Source: Chitinophagaceae bacterium (GTDB lineage Bacteria > Bacteroidota > Bacteroidia > Chitinophagales > Chitinophagaceae). From it: 39,863 nt of DNA. Positions 28,349-37,468 of this stretch are shown in pieces. Below the pieces are notes generated by a model. The model did no database searches and was not told the DNA's origin. It was given only the letters and a program-made list of their open reading frames with translations. Both the position numbers and the translations under genes were made by a program. Numbering within the stretch: position 1 is the first letter of the stretch; each line of letters opens with the position of its first letter. Location of the stretch: NCBI GenBank assembly GCA_035547455.1, contig DASZUX010000320.1, positions 1-39,863 of the forward strand, written 5' to 3'.

Positions 28349-31300
28349 ATGAACAAGGCCATACTGCTTATATTACTGGTTTTTGCGACAGCGGTTGCAG
28401 GCACTTGTTTTGCACAAACACCATCCTCAAGGTCAAAAAAAATACCAACAACGGGCGTTGTGCAGCTTGATACGTTAAGCATAGTAAAAGAGAGTTTTTA
28501 TATACCCGGCGTTGACACTGCATTATACAGGCTGGATTTTGTTAATGCCGAACTTTTTTGGAAAAAAAACACCTTGCAGGACAGTATAACAGTAAAGTAC
28601 CGTGTTTTTCCATTCAGGCTAAATGCCCGGGCGCACAGGTATTTGTACGACAGCATTAAAAATAATTTTATAGCGGCTCCTTCGTATACCAGCAGGCAAA
28701 ATACAGCCAATAACTCCTTGCTTAATTTTGGAAAGCTCAATTACAACGGCAGCTTTGGCAGGAGCCTGAGTTTTGGTAATAACCAGGACGCCGTATTTAA
28801 CAGCCAGCTTAACCTTCAACTGGATGGGTATATCGGGGACAGCATATTACTTTCTGCAGCTATAACCGACAATAATATACCTATACAACCCGATGGCACT
28901 ACGCAACAGTTAAACGAGTTTGATAAGATACTGCTGCAATTCAGGAAAAAAAACTGGGAGATAAATCTTGGCGACATTGACCTGCGGCAGGATAATGCAT
29001 ATTTCTTACATTTTTATAAGCGGCTGCAGGGCATATCATACACGCAGCAATTTAATTTAGGGCAAAATATTACTAATAAAACAGTGTTAAGCGGCGCTAT
29101 AGCAAAAGGCAAATTTGCACGCAACGTATTGCAGGTACAGGAGGGTAACCAGGGGCCCTATCGCCTGCAGGGTAATAACAACGAGCTATTTTTTATTGTA
29201 CTGGCAGGCACGGAAAGGGTGTATATTAATGGCGTGCAGATGCAACGCGGCGAAGACCAGGATTATGTAATTAATTACAACACCGCTGAAATTACTTTTA
29301 CACCCAAACACCTTATATCGCAGGATAGCCGTGTGCAGGTAGAATTTGAATATGCTGACAGGAACTACCTTAATTCAATGTTGTATGCCAGCAATGAAAC
29401 AGATTTTGGCAACCGGTTTAAGCTGACCGTTTCAATATACAACAATGCCGATGCCAAAAATTCCCCCATCAACCAGCCGCTTGACAATAATCAAAAACAG
29501 TTTTTGGCCGACCTGGGAGATAGCATACAAAATGCTTATTACCCGGTAGCATCCATTGATTCGTTTTCAACATCCTCCATTTTATATAAAAAAATTGATA
29601 CAGTAACAAACGGGATTCACGATTCAATATACGTGTATTCTACCAACAGGGACAGTGCAAAATACAACCTGGCCTTTGCGGAAGTGGGTATTAATAAAGG
29701 CAATTACATGCCATTGTTTAATGCTGCCAACGGGAAAGTGTACCAGTGGGTGGCACCCGTTAACGGTGTGCCGCAGGGGAATTATGAAGCAGCAGCTTTT
29801 TTAGTTACACCTAAAAGACAAACTGTAATGAACGTGGCGGGAGAATATAAAATTAATGACAAGACTACCTTACGCGCAGAAATAGCGGCAAGTGATTATG
29901 ATGCGAATACATTTTCAACCATTGGCAAAACAAACGATAAAGGGTATGCCGCCAGGTTAACGCTTATACATAATGATAGCTGGAAGACAAGGCACGACAA
30001 GCTTATGCATTTTGAGGCCATTGCGGGTTACGAGTTTACAGGCAAAAACTTTCAGCCGGTTGAAACCTTGCGGCCGGTAGAGTTTGGGCGCGATTGGGGC
30101 CTTGGTTACCTATTAACGCCTGCTGATGAACAACTGCCATCACTGCATTTAAAACTTAGTGACGAGAAAGATAACAGTATAGCTTACGATTTTACCAGTT
30201 ACCTGCGCAGCGATGGCTTTACAGGCATACGTAATGTTACTACTCATACACAAAATTTTGGAGGCTGGCACCTTACAGATATATTAAACCTGACCAATAG
30301 CAACACCCATAATGACAAAGGTTATTATTTCAGGCCTACTATTGATCTGAATAAAACATTTACCTCGTTTCACAACTATACTATTGGCGCCAATTATGCG
30401 GTGGAACATAACGAAACCAGGAATAATATCGCAGACACGGTAACGCCATTAAGTTTTGCTTTTGAAACCCTGTCGGCTTATATAAAATCAAACCAGGCCC
30501 TGCCCAACAAATGGTCGTTCACCTATTACACACGCAGCGACCAGTTGCCGGGTGGCAAAAATCTTTTACAGGCAGACAGAAGCCACAATTACAGCTTTCA
30601 AACAGAATTACTTAAAAACCCTCACAACCAGTTTAGGCTAACAGTAACGTACCGGCAGTTCATGGTAAACAACACGTCATTAATTACCCAAACCCCCGAT
30701 AACAGCCTGCTGGGCAGGGCTGAATACATCGTAAATAAATGGCATGGCTTTTTAACTGGTAATGTACTGTATGAAATGGGCGCAGGACAGGAACAAAAAC
30801 TTGATTATACCTATATACAGGTACCTGCCGGGCAGGGGCAATATACATGGATTGATCTTAACGGGGATGGCATTGCGCAATTAAACGAGTTTGAACTTGC
30901 CGTATTCCAGGACCAGGCAACATACATACGGGTATATACCCCCACCAACGAATTTATAAAAGCTGATTACACCCAGTTTAATTACAGTTTTATGCTAACC
31001 CCAAAAGCGCTCTCTGCAAACATACACAGCAGTAAATGGGCAAATTTTATTAACAGGTTTATACTGCAATCATCCATGCAAACATATAAAAAGCAGGTTT
31101 CTGATGGCAATCCTGTATTTAACCCTTTTAAAGGTAAAATACAGGATACCGCGCTTATAGCCTACAATTTTATATTAAGTAATACCCTCTCATTTAACCG
31201 CTACAGCACAAACTGGGGTGTGGATGTTACCAACCTGATAAACTACAACAAAAGCCTGCTTACGTATGGCACTGAAACAAAACAGTTAAATGAGTGGGAT

Positions 31301-31810
31301 ATTAAAGGCAGGCTGAATATTGCTAAAGTTTATACACTTGAACTTGTTCAAAAGTTTTTGGGCAACAATCTTTACACCCCTTCATTTGCCAACCAGAACT
31401 ATTCAATTAATGAATATTCAGCGCAACCACAACTTACTTATACGTCTGGCACTAAATACCGCCTTATGGGGGGCTATGTTTATGACAGTAAAAAAAATGC
31501 GATGCAATACGGTGGCGAAAAGGCTACCACCAATTCTTTAACCCTGCAGGGCAAGTACAATATTGTATCAAACACAAGTCTTACCGCAGGTTTCACATTA
31601 AGCAATATTGATTTTAACGGCACGCCTAATACTACTGTAAGCTATATAATGCTAGACGCCTTACTGCCCGGTAAAAACTATTTATGGAACATAAGCCTTA
31701 CCAAGCGGCTAATTAATAACCTTGAACTTACGTTTGAATATGAAGGCCGCAAGCCGGGTGAAACAAGAGTAATAAACACCGGCAGAGCCAGTTTAAGAGC
31801 ACTGCTGTAA
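28349..31810 (+). CDS. Large (1153 aa) uncharacterised secreted protein, probably an outer-membrane beta-barrel
   Basis: ATG at 28349 with signal peptide MNKAILLILLVFATAVAGTCFAQ. The whole length is rich in short alternating-hydrophobicity segments separated by N/G/T/Y-rich turns, for example LNLQLDGYIGDSILLSAAITDNNIPIQPDG and LELTFEYEGRK near the C-terminus. I do not recognise a family. The CDS call is solid and the function is a guess. Confidence 0.6.
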   Translation: MNKAILLILLVFATAVAGTCFAQTPSSRSKKIPTTGVVQLDTLSIVKESFYIPGVDTALYRLDFVNAELFWKKNTLQDSITVKYRVFPFRLNARAHRYLYDSIKNNFIAAPSYTSRQNTANNSLLNFGKLNYNGSFGRSLSFGNNQDAVFNSQLNLQLDGYIGDSILLSAAITDNNIPIQPDGTTQQLNEFDKILLQFRKKNWEINLGDIDLRQDNAYFLHFYKRLQGISYTQQFNLGQNITNKTVLSGAIAKGKFARNVLQVQEGNQGPYRLQGNNNELFFIVLAGTERVYINGVQMQRGEDQDYVINYNTAEITFTPKHLISQDSRVQVEFEYADRNYLNSMLYASNETDFGNRFKLTVSIYNNADAKNSPINQPLDNNQKQFLADLGDSIQNAYYPVASIDSFSTSSILYKKIDTVTNGIHDSIYVYSTNRDSAKYNLAFAEVGINKGNYMPLFNAANGKVYQWVAPVNGVPQGNYEAAAFLVTPKRQTVMNVAGEYKINDKTTLRAEIAASDYDANTFSTIGKTNDKGYAARLTLIHNDSWKTRHDKLMHFEAIAGYEFTGKNFQPVETLRPVEFGRDWGLGYLLTPADEQLPSLHLKLSDEKDNSIAYDFTSYLRSDGFTGIRNVTTHTQNFGGWHLTDILNLTNSNTHNDKGYYFRPTIDLNKTFTSFHNYTIGANYAVEHNETRNNIADTVTPLSFAFETLSAYIKSNQALPNKWSFTYYTRSDQLPGGKNLLQADRSHNYSFQTELLKNPHNQFRLTVTYRQFMVNNTSLITQTPDNSLLGRAEYIVNKWHGFLTGNVLYEMGAGQEQKLDYTYIQVPAGQGQYTWIDLNGDGIAQLNEFELAVFQDQATYIRVYTPTNEFIKADYTQFNYSFMLTPKALSANIHSSKWANFINRFILQSSMQTYKKQVSDGNPVFNPFKGKIQDTALIAYNFILSNTLSFNRYSTNWGVDVTNLINYNKSLLTYGTETKQLNEWDIKGRLNIAKVYTLELVQKFLGNNLYTPSFANQNYSINEYSAQPQLTYTSGTKYRLMGGYVYDSKKNAMQYGGEKATTNSLTLQGKYNIVSNTSLTAGFTLSNIDFNGTPNTTVSYIMLDALLPGKNYLWNISLTKRLINNLELTFEYEGRKPGETRVINTGRASLRALL

Positions 31811-31813
31811 GTG

Positions 31814-32410
31814 TTAACTCAGGTGCGCAGAAATAAGCTGCATAAATTCACTGCGGGTGGTATGTTTTTCAAATTCGCCAAAAAAAGCAGAGGTGGTTGT
31901 AACCGAGTTTTGTTTTTGTACGCCGCGCATCATCATACACAAATGTTTTGCTTCAACTACCACTGCCACACCCAGCGGGTTTAACGCTTCCTTTATTGCA
32001 TCCAATATTTGCGTAGTAAGCCGCTCCTGCACCTGCAGCCTGCGCGAAAAAACATCTACCACACGCGCTATTTTGCTAAGCCCCGTTATCCAGCCGTTGG
32101 GTATATATGCTATATGTGCTTTGCCGATAAAAGGCAGCATGTGGTGTTCGCACATACTGTACAATTCAATATCGTTCCCTATAATCATTTCACTCACATT
32201 CTCATGAAACTTGGCTGAATTAAGAATTGCCACCGCATCCAGGTGATACCCCTGTGTTATAAACTGCATAGCTTTTGCAATACGTTCCGGTGTTTTTATA
32301 AGGCCTTCCCTACCGGGATCTTCGCCAAGCAGGCTAATAATGTTTCTATAATTCGACACCAACCCGCCGGTTTTATCTTCGTCGTAGTGTTCCTTTTTTA
32401 TATATGCCAT
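31814..32410 (-). CDS. folE: GTP cyclohydrolase I
   Basis: ATG at 32410 ([12 protein letters not shown]) is preferred to TTG at 32431. FolE motifs are [39 protein letters not shown] and [12 protein letters not shown]. Confidence 0.92.
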   Translation of the reverse strand: MAYIKKEHYDEDKTGGLVSNYRNIISLLGEDPGREGLIKTPERIAKAMQFITQGYHLDAVAILNSAKFHENVSEMIIGNDIELYSMCEHHMLPFIGKAHIAYIPNGWITGLSKIARVVDVFSRRLQVQERLTTQILDAIKEALNPLGVAVVVEAKHLCMMMRGVQKQNSVTTTSAFFGEFEKHTTRSEFMQLISAHLS

Positions 32411-32441
32411 TGCACTCGTTTTATTATACAATCAATAAGGG

Positions 32442-32855
32442 TTATGCAGGATACTCCACAAAATTTCTTTCAGTTTCATATAACCGCACCTGTAAATCAA
32501 GGTTACTGTCAATATGCGGCCTAAGCAGGCCGTAAATAGCTATTGCTATATTTTCTGCTGTAGGGTTGAGATTTTTAAAGACCGGCACATCGAGGTTTAA
32601 ATTTTTATGGTCGAATTTTACCAGCACTTCAGTGTTAATAATATCACTCAACAGTTTTAAATCCATTACAAAACCAGTTTGCTCATCCGGCTCACCGGTA
32701 ACCTTTACTACCAGTTCATAATTATGCCCATGATAATGCGGGTTATTGCATAATCCAAATACACGGTCATTTTCCTCTTCGCTCCATGCACTATTGTGAA
32801 GGCGGTGAGCGGCATTAAAATGCTCTTTTCTAAAAACAGCTACTTTACCCGGCAT
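32442..32855 (-). CDS. 6-pyruvoyl-tetrahydropterin synthase family protein (PTPS paralog 1, animal-PTPS-like)
   Basis: 137 aa. It has FNAAHRLHN, FGLCNNPHYHGHNYEL (Cys-x5-HGH), DHKNLNLDV and YETERN. It ends 31 nt upstream of folE on the same strand. Confidence 0.9.
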   Translation of the reverse strand: MPGKVAVFRKEHFNAAHRLHNSAWSEEENDRVFGLCNNPHYHGHNYELVVKVTGEPDEQTGFVMDLKLLSDIINTEVLVKFDHKNLNLDVPVFKNLNPTAENIAIAIYGLLRPHIDSNLDLQVRLYETERNFVEYPA

Positions 32856-32953
32856 AATAACACAAAATAAGTAAGTAATTTATCAATACAAAGCTTATAC
32901 GGCCCTGTGAAATTGTTGAATTACGGAAATTAAACAAAAAAGGCGGTAAAAGT

Positions 32954-33364
32954 TTATTCACCAAAGTACTCTACATAAATGCGGGGAGTCTCATACAATT
33001 TTATACAATGCAGGGCGACATTGGCGGGGAGGTGAGGCTGTAACTGGTTCCAAATACCCACCACCAGGTTTTCGGTACTGCAAAGCTTCCCTTGCATAAA
33101 ATCAACATCAAGGTTAAGGTTTTTATGGTCTACCTTGCTTGTAACATAAGTACGTATAAGGTATTTTAACAGCTTAGCGTCCATTATAAAACCTGTGCCG
33201 GGGTCGGCAGTACCCTTAACCGTTACATGCAGGTCAAAATTATGCCCATGCCAGTTTTCGTTGGCGCAAACCCCAAAAACCTCGTCGTTTTTTTCTTTGC
33301 TCCAATTGGGGTTATAAAGTTTATGGGCGGCATTAAAATGCTCTACTCTTGTAAGATAAACCAT
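32954..33364 (-). CDS. 6-pyruvoyl-tetrahydropterin synthase family protein (PTPS paralog 2)
   Basis: ATG at 33364 (MVYLTRVEHFNAAHKLYN) gives 136 aa, collinear with paralog 1. It has FGVCANENWHGHNFDL, DHKNLNLDV and YETPR. The track's 33448 start would add a 28-aa extension that overlaps the -7 box. Confidence 0.88.
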   Translation of the reverse strand: MVYLTRVEHFNAAHKLYNPNWSKEKNDEVFGVCANENWHGHNFDLHVTVKGTADPGTGFIMDAKLLKYLIRTYVTSKVDHKNLNLDVDFMQGKLCSTENLVVGIWNQLQPHLPANVALHCIKLYETPRIYVEYFGE

Positions 33365-33385
33365 TCTCTTCCTCAAAAATTTCCG

Positions 33386-33393
33386 CAAAGGTA
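33386..33393 (-). promoter_or_regulatory. Bacteroidota-type -7 promoter box (TACCTTTG on minus strand) for the PTPS-PTPS-folE unit
   Basis: The reverse complement of CAAAGGTA at 33386-33393 is an exact TAnnTTTG match, 21 nt upstream of the ATG at 33364. Confidence 0.35.
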
Positions 33394-33490
33394 ATACAAG
33401 GAAAATTAATGGCATAAACCACGCAGATTTTACAAAATTGCCTGCCATGCGTTACTCTTTGCTACATTTACAACCGGAAAACCTACCTAT

Positions 33491-34021
33491 ATGGCTATAG
33501 AAGATGGATTTTTAAAAGACGTATTAAGACGCTTTGACAATTATAAGCAGCTGGGTGAAAAAACCTTTGAGCAACTTGAAGAAAAAGATTTCTTTTTTAA
33601 ACCATCGCCTGAAAGCAACAGCATTGCTATTATTGTGCAGCACTTGCATGGCAATATGCTAAGCCGCTTTACCAACTTTTTAACTGAAGATGGTGAAAAA
33701 AGCTGGCGCAAACGCGACGAAGAGTTTGAAAATGCCCTTACAACAAAAGAAGAAGTATTAGCAGCATGGAACGAGGGCTGGAAATGTGTTTTTGATGCCG
33801 TTAAAAATTTAGACCCTGCTGATATTACCAAAATTATTTACATACGCAGTGAGCCATTAACAGTATATGACGCACTGTTGCGCCAATTGGCACACTACCC
33901 TTACCATGTAGGGCAAATAGTGCTTATAGGCAAATTGCTCAAAGATGCCCAATGGCACTCCCTGAGTATTCCTAAAAATCAAAGTAGCGCTTTTAATACA
34001 AAAATGGGCCACAAAGCCTGA
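33491..34021 (+). CDS. DinB-superfamily / DUF1572-like protein
   Basis: 176 aa, helical. It has a His-containing motif IAIIVQHLHGNMLSRF and a C-terminal HYPYHVGQIV, which is the typical DinB-fold metal-ligand pattern. Confidence 0.7.
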   Translation: MAIEDGFLKDVLRRFDNYKQLGEKTFEQLEEKDFFFKPSPESNSIAIIVQHLHGNMLSRFTNFLTEDGEKSWRKRDEEFENALTTKEEVLAAWNEGWKCVFDAVKNLDPADITKIIYIRSEPLTVYDALLRQLAHYPYHVGQIVLIGKLLKDAQWHSLSIPKNQSSAFNTKMGHKA

Positions 34022-34067
34022 AGCAGCAGCTATTATAATAACCCGTAAATATAATATACCACAGATT

Positions 34068-34733
34068 ATGGCATTAACCCCGGAAGCAGTAATCTTTGAT
34101 CTTGACGGCACCCTGATTGACAACAACGCCTACCATATTGAAGCATGGAAGGTTTTTTACAGTAAAATAGGCCGCCAGTTTAGTATGGATGAATACAAAA
34201 ACAACATTAATGGCCGTATAAACAGGGACATTTTTAATTACATTTTTGGCAACGAATTACCCGCTGCGGAAATTGACCGGCTTACCAATGAAAAAGAACA
34301 GCTTTACCGTGAATATTATGCGCCATTTATACAACCAATACCGGGGCTTTTGCCACTGCTTGAGCAGGTAAAAAAAGCGGGCATTCCTATGGCCATTGCC
34401 ACAAGCGGCCTGCCTGTAAATATTGCCTTTATGTTTGAGCATTTAACTATACAACAATATTTTGATGATGTGATAGACGCTACCCTTGTTACCAACAGCA
34501 AACCCCACCCCGAAATATTTTTAAAAGCTGCAGCCGCTGTTAAAGCAAATCCTTTAATGAGTATTGCATTTGAAGATTCGATTGCAGGTGTGCGGGCTGC
34601 AAAATCTGCGGGTATGAAAGTAGTGGGGCTTACTACCACGCATACCAGGGAAGATTTGTTTGAGGCAGACAGGATAATTAAAGATTATACAGAAATAGAT
34701 TTTACTGCTTTACTACAACTAATGGAAGCATGA
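34068..34733 (+). CDS. HAD-superfamily hydrolase (beta-phosphoglucomutase/phosphatase subfamily IA)
   Basis: Motif I is VIFDLDGTLIDN, motif II is IATSG, and motifs III/IV are K...FEDSIAGVRAAKSAGM. Confidence 0.85.
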   Translation: MALTPEAVIFDLDGTLIDNNAYHIEAWKVFYSKIGRQFSMDEYKNNINGRINRDIFNYIFGNELPAAEIDRLTNEKEQLYREYYAPFIQPIPGLLPLLEQVKKAGIPMAIATSGLPVNIAFMFEHLTIQQYFDDVIDATLVTNSKPHPEIFLKAAAAVKANPLMSIAFEDSIAGVRAAKSAGMKVVGLTTTHTREDLFEADRIIKDYTEIDFTALLQLMEA

Positions 34734-35707
34734 GCTATTTTGTATTAGACAACTTACCCGGCAGAACTGCATTGGCGAGCGGAAAAGAATACCTTTTCTT
34801 TTCGGGGTACGCTTACCTTGGCATACAACATACCGCGGAATTTAAAACGCTTGTAAAAGAAGGCCTGGATAAATATGGCTGGCTGTTTCCCTCATCCCGC
34901 ATATCAAACACAAGGATAGGCCTGTTTGAAGAATGCGAAAACCTGCTTTCCAGCATTACAAAAAATGAAGACACAGTTTTGGTATCTTCCGGCTATACAG
35001 CAGGCAGGCTTGCCACCGCCATGTTTGAGCACGACATTGTAAACCTTCGTCCCTCCCATCCTGCAATTAAGAGGGATAACGCGGACAAAGGAAAGGGGAT
35101 ATATGCAGTTGACGCCATTAATATACTTACTGCTGAAGTGACGGATATCAACAAAATACATACAGTAACCCCACTTAATACCCTAATGATTGACGACTCG
35201 CACGGCATTGGCCTTACGGGCAGCCATGGCGAAGGCGCCAGCAGCTATCTTGAAAAAAAAGAAGGGATCGGCTATGTATTTACTTATTCACTCTCAAAAG
35301 CCTGGGGCATTAATGCAGGTGCAATAAGTTGTAATGCCCAAATGGCCGCAAAGTACCGAACCATGCCTGCTTATACAGGGGCTACGGCGCCATCGCAAGC
35401 GCAATTATATGCTTTTATAAAAGGACAGCATATATATGCCGCACAGCGTGAAAAACTGCGAAAAAATATTCTATATTTCAAGGCAGTTGTTGCAGACTTA
35501 CCCGGGGTGATTAATGAAAGCACCTTACCTGTTTTTGTTTTGCCTGCCCGCATTAATGAAGATGTACTTGCGGCCAAAAATATTATTATCTCCTCTTTTG
35601 CCTACCCTGACCCATCAGGTACTAAAATACAGCGGGTAGTGCTAAATGCGCTTCATACCAAAAGCGATCTTGACTACCTGGCGGAATGTTTGCGGCAAAT
35701 GTGGTAA
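34730..35707 (+). CDS. Short alpha-oxoamine-synthase (BioF)-like fold type I PLP enzyme
   Basis: 325 aa. It is collinear with E. coli BioF from memory: YLFFSGYAYLGI vs YLNFSSNDYLGL, MIDDSHGIGLTGSHGEG vs MVDDAHGTGVIGEQGRG, a candidate PLP Lys in TYSLSKAWG, and RVVLNALHT vs RLRLTLTAAH. It is about 60 aa shorter than BioF. Its start overlaps the HAD stop (ATGA). Confidence 0.7.
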   Translation: MSYFVLDNLPGRTALASGKEYLFFSGYAYLGIQHTAEFKTLVKEGLDKYGWLFPSSRISNTRIGLFEECENLLSSITKNEDTVLVSSGYTAGRLATAMFEHDIVNLRPSHPAIKRDNADKGKGIYAVDAINILTAEVTDINKIHTVTPLNTLMIDDSHGIGLTGSHGEGASSYLEKKEGIGYVFTYSLSKAWGINAGAISCNAQMAAKYRTMPAYTGATAPSQAQLYAFIKGQHIYAAQREKLRKNILYFKAVVADLPGVINESTLPVFVLPARINEDVLAAKNIIISSFAYPDPSGTKIQRVVLNALHTKSDLDYLAECLRQMW

Positions 35708-35719
35708 GCGGCCCTGAAT

Positions 35720-36097
35720 TTATTTACCCGGCTGCAGTTGCTGTATGCTTAAGGCAAAATATTCCTTTATTTCCGCAAGTTGCCCTATTGCAGCCTCCTT
35801 GCTGATGTTCTCGCTAAAAAGCTGTTCAGTATTGGCTATCTTGGTATGTGCAAATTCCAGCACTTTAATTGCAGCCTGGATTTTCCTCTGGCCAGTTTCT
35901 GTTTCCTTTTCATGCGTTTCAGATTCAGTAAAATTATTTACACCTATACCAATGAAAATAGAAGCAATACCTGAAATGGCTATTTCCAGCGCATTATCTG
36001 CCGTAAAAAAAGTAAGAAACATAATAATAGTCCCCAGCATGATATAAATACCAGTTTTGGGTACTAGCAGTTTCCTTACAAAAATTCTAAACTTCAT
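35720..36097 (-). CDS. Small membrane protein (2 TM helices plus a helical C-terminal tail), unknown function
   Basis: ATG at 36097 is preferred to TTG at 36103. The hydrophobic segments are IYIMLGTIIMFLTFF and IAISGIASIFIGIGV. It starts 32 nt downstream of cbpM on the same strand. Confidence 0.5.
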   Translation of the reverse strand: MKFRIFVRKLLVPKTGIYIMLGTIIMFLTFFTADNALEIAISGIASIFIGIGVNNFTESETHEKETETGQRKIQAAIKVLEFAHTKIANTEQLFSENISKEAAIGQLAEIKEYFALSIQQLQPGK

Positions 36098-36129
36098 ACT
36101 CAACTTTAAGAATCAATTATAGTGCTGTA

Positions 36130-36426
36130 TTATTCCAGTACTTCATACAGGTTAAGCCTGCCGCGCAGGTTTGTTATTTCTTGCTGCATACTCTCCAGCC
36201 TGCCCAGCAAATGAATTATAGTTTCAATACCGGCAGTATTAATTTGCAGGTCGTAGTGCAGGCGTATCATTTTTTCCAGTTTCAGCAGGTCATCCTCCTG
36301 GATAAACTCTGTATTGTTAACAGTAACCAGTTCTATCAGCCCGCCCTCATGCAGGGAGCGGATGAAGCCAACTTCGGCGTTATAGCTGGCGCAAAAAATA
36401 CCCGCTTCAATTAACTGTGTTTGCAT
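36130..36426 (-). CDS. cbpM: Chaperone modulatory protein CbpM-like (MerR-HTH-like)
   Basis: 98 aa. It starts 4 nt after the cbpA stop, as in the E. coli cbpAM operon, and its size and helical character fit CbpM. Confidence 0.7.
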   Translation of the reverse strand: MQTQLIEAGIFCASYNAEVGFIRSLHEGGLIELVTVNNTEFIQEDDLLKLEKMIRLHYDLQINTAGIETIIHLLGRLESMQQEITNLRGRLNLYEVLE

Positions 36427-36430
36427 GGCG

Positions 36431-37324
36431 TTAGAGTTTTGACAGTTGGGTAAATAAGTCTTTTTGCTTTTCTGTTAAGTGCACAGGTATTTTAACGGTA
36501 TAGGTTATATATAAATCACCAAACTCATTGTCTTTTTTATACACTGGAAAGCCTTTGCCCTTAAGCCTTGTTTTAGCACCGTTTTGGGTGCCGGCATGTA
36601 CTTTTAGCTTAACCTTGCCATTTATTGTATCAACAGTTATTTCCCCACCCAGCACGGCAGTGTATAAATCAATTTCAACATCACTGTACAAATCGTCCCC
36701 TGCGCGCTTATAGGGGGTGTTATTGTTTATTACAAAAGTTATGTACAAATCTCCTGCGGGGCCGTTATTTACGCCGGGCCCTCCATGCCCCTTAAGCCGT
36801 ATTACCTGCCCGTCTGCAACGCCGGCAGGAATTGTTATACGAATATTTTTATCGTTTACTTTAAGGGTTTGCTGGTGTGTGTGGTATACATCAGTAAGGT
36901 TTAGGCGCAATTCAGCGTTGTAATCCTGGCCACGAAATGCAGCATTGCCACGGCGGCCCCTGCGGCCTGCGGTATCGCCAAACAGCGATGCAAAAAAGTC
37001 TGAGAAAGTGTCATCACCGCCGCCACCGGAATAAGTATATTCATTAGCTCCAAAGCCCTGGTTAGCCTGGGCCTGCCGGGCTTTTTCATACTCGTCAGCA
37101 TGCTGCCAGTGCTCCCCGTAAGCATCATATTTTTTCCGCTTTTCAGGGTCACTCAATACTTCATTCGCTTCATTTATTTCCTGGAATTTTTTGTGCGCTT
37201 CCTTATCGTTGGGGTTAACATCGGGGTGGTATTTTCTTGCCAGCTTACGGTATGCCTTTTTAATATCATCCTCAGTAGCATTTTTATTAACCCCTAATGT
37301 TTTATAATAGTCAATAAATGCCAT
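36431..37324 (-). CDS. cbpA: DnaJ-class co-chaperone / curved DNA-binding protein CbpA
   Basis: 297 aa. It has the J domain [34 protein letters not shown], a G/F-rich linker and DnaJ C-terminal domains without a zinc finger, which is the CbpA type. Confidence 0.9.
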   Translation of the reverse strand: MAFIDYYKTLGVNKNATEDDIKKAYRKLARKYHPDVNPNDKEAHKKFQEINEANEVLSDPEKRKKYDAYGEHWQHADEYEKARQAQANQGFGANEYTYSGGGGDDTFSDFFASLFGDTAGRRGRRGNAAFRGQDYNAELRLNLTDVYHTHQQTLKVNDKNIRITIPAGVADGQVIRLKGHGGPGVNNGPAGDLYITFVINNNTPYKRAGDDLYSDVEIDLYTAVLGGEITVDTINGKVKLKVHAGTQNGAKTRLKGKGFPVYKKDNEFGDLYITYTVKIPVHLTEKQKDLFTQLSKL

Positions 37325-37398
37325 GCCTGTAAATTTAAGTCCTTTTCAGGCGTAAAATTACTGTACTTTCTGCAATTGGGGTATGACATGGGTCACAA

Positions 37399-37446
37399 TA
37401 AAAAACCCGCGGGCCTGTACCATGCATACCAGCACAGGCCGCAGGT
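37399..37446 (-). terminator. Rho-independent terminator after the first repeat-protein gene
   Basis: The minus strand reads CTGCGGCCTGT-(loop)-ACAGGCCCGCGGG followed by TTTTTTATT. It lies about 25 nt after the stop at 37469. Confidence 0.65.
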
Positions 37447-37468
37447 GTTGCAATTGCTGTGGCAGTTG

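Noticed and set aside
33365-33448. Track-predicted 28-aa N-terminal extension of PTPS paralog 2
   Set aside because: It would cover the TAnnTTTG box at 33386-33393. The ATG at 33364 makes the protein collinear and equal in length with paralog 1.
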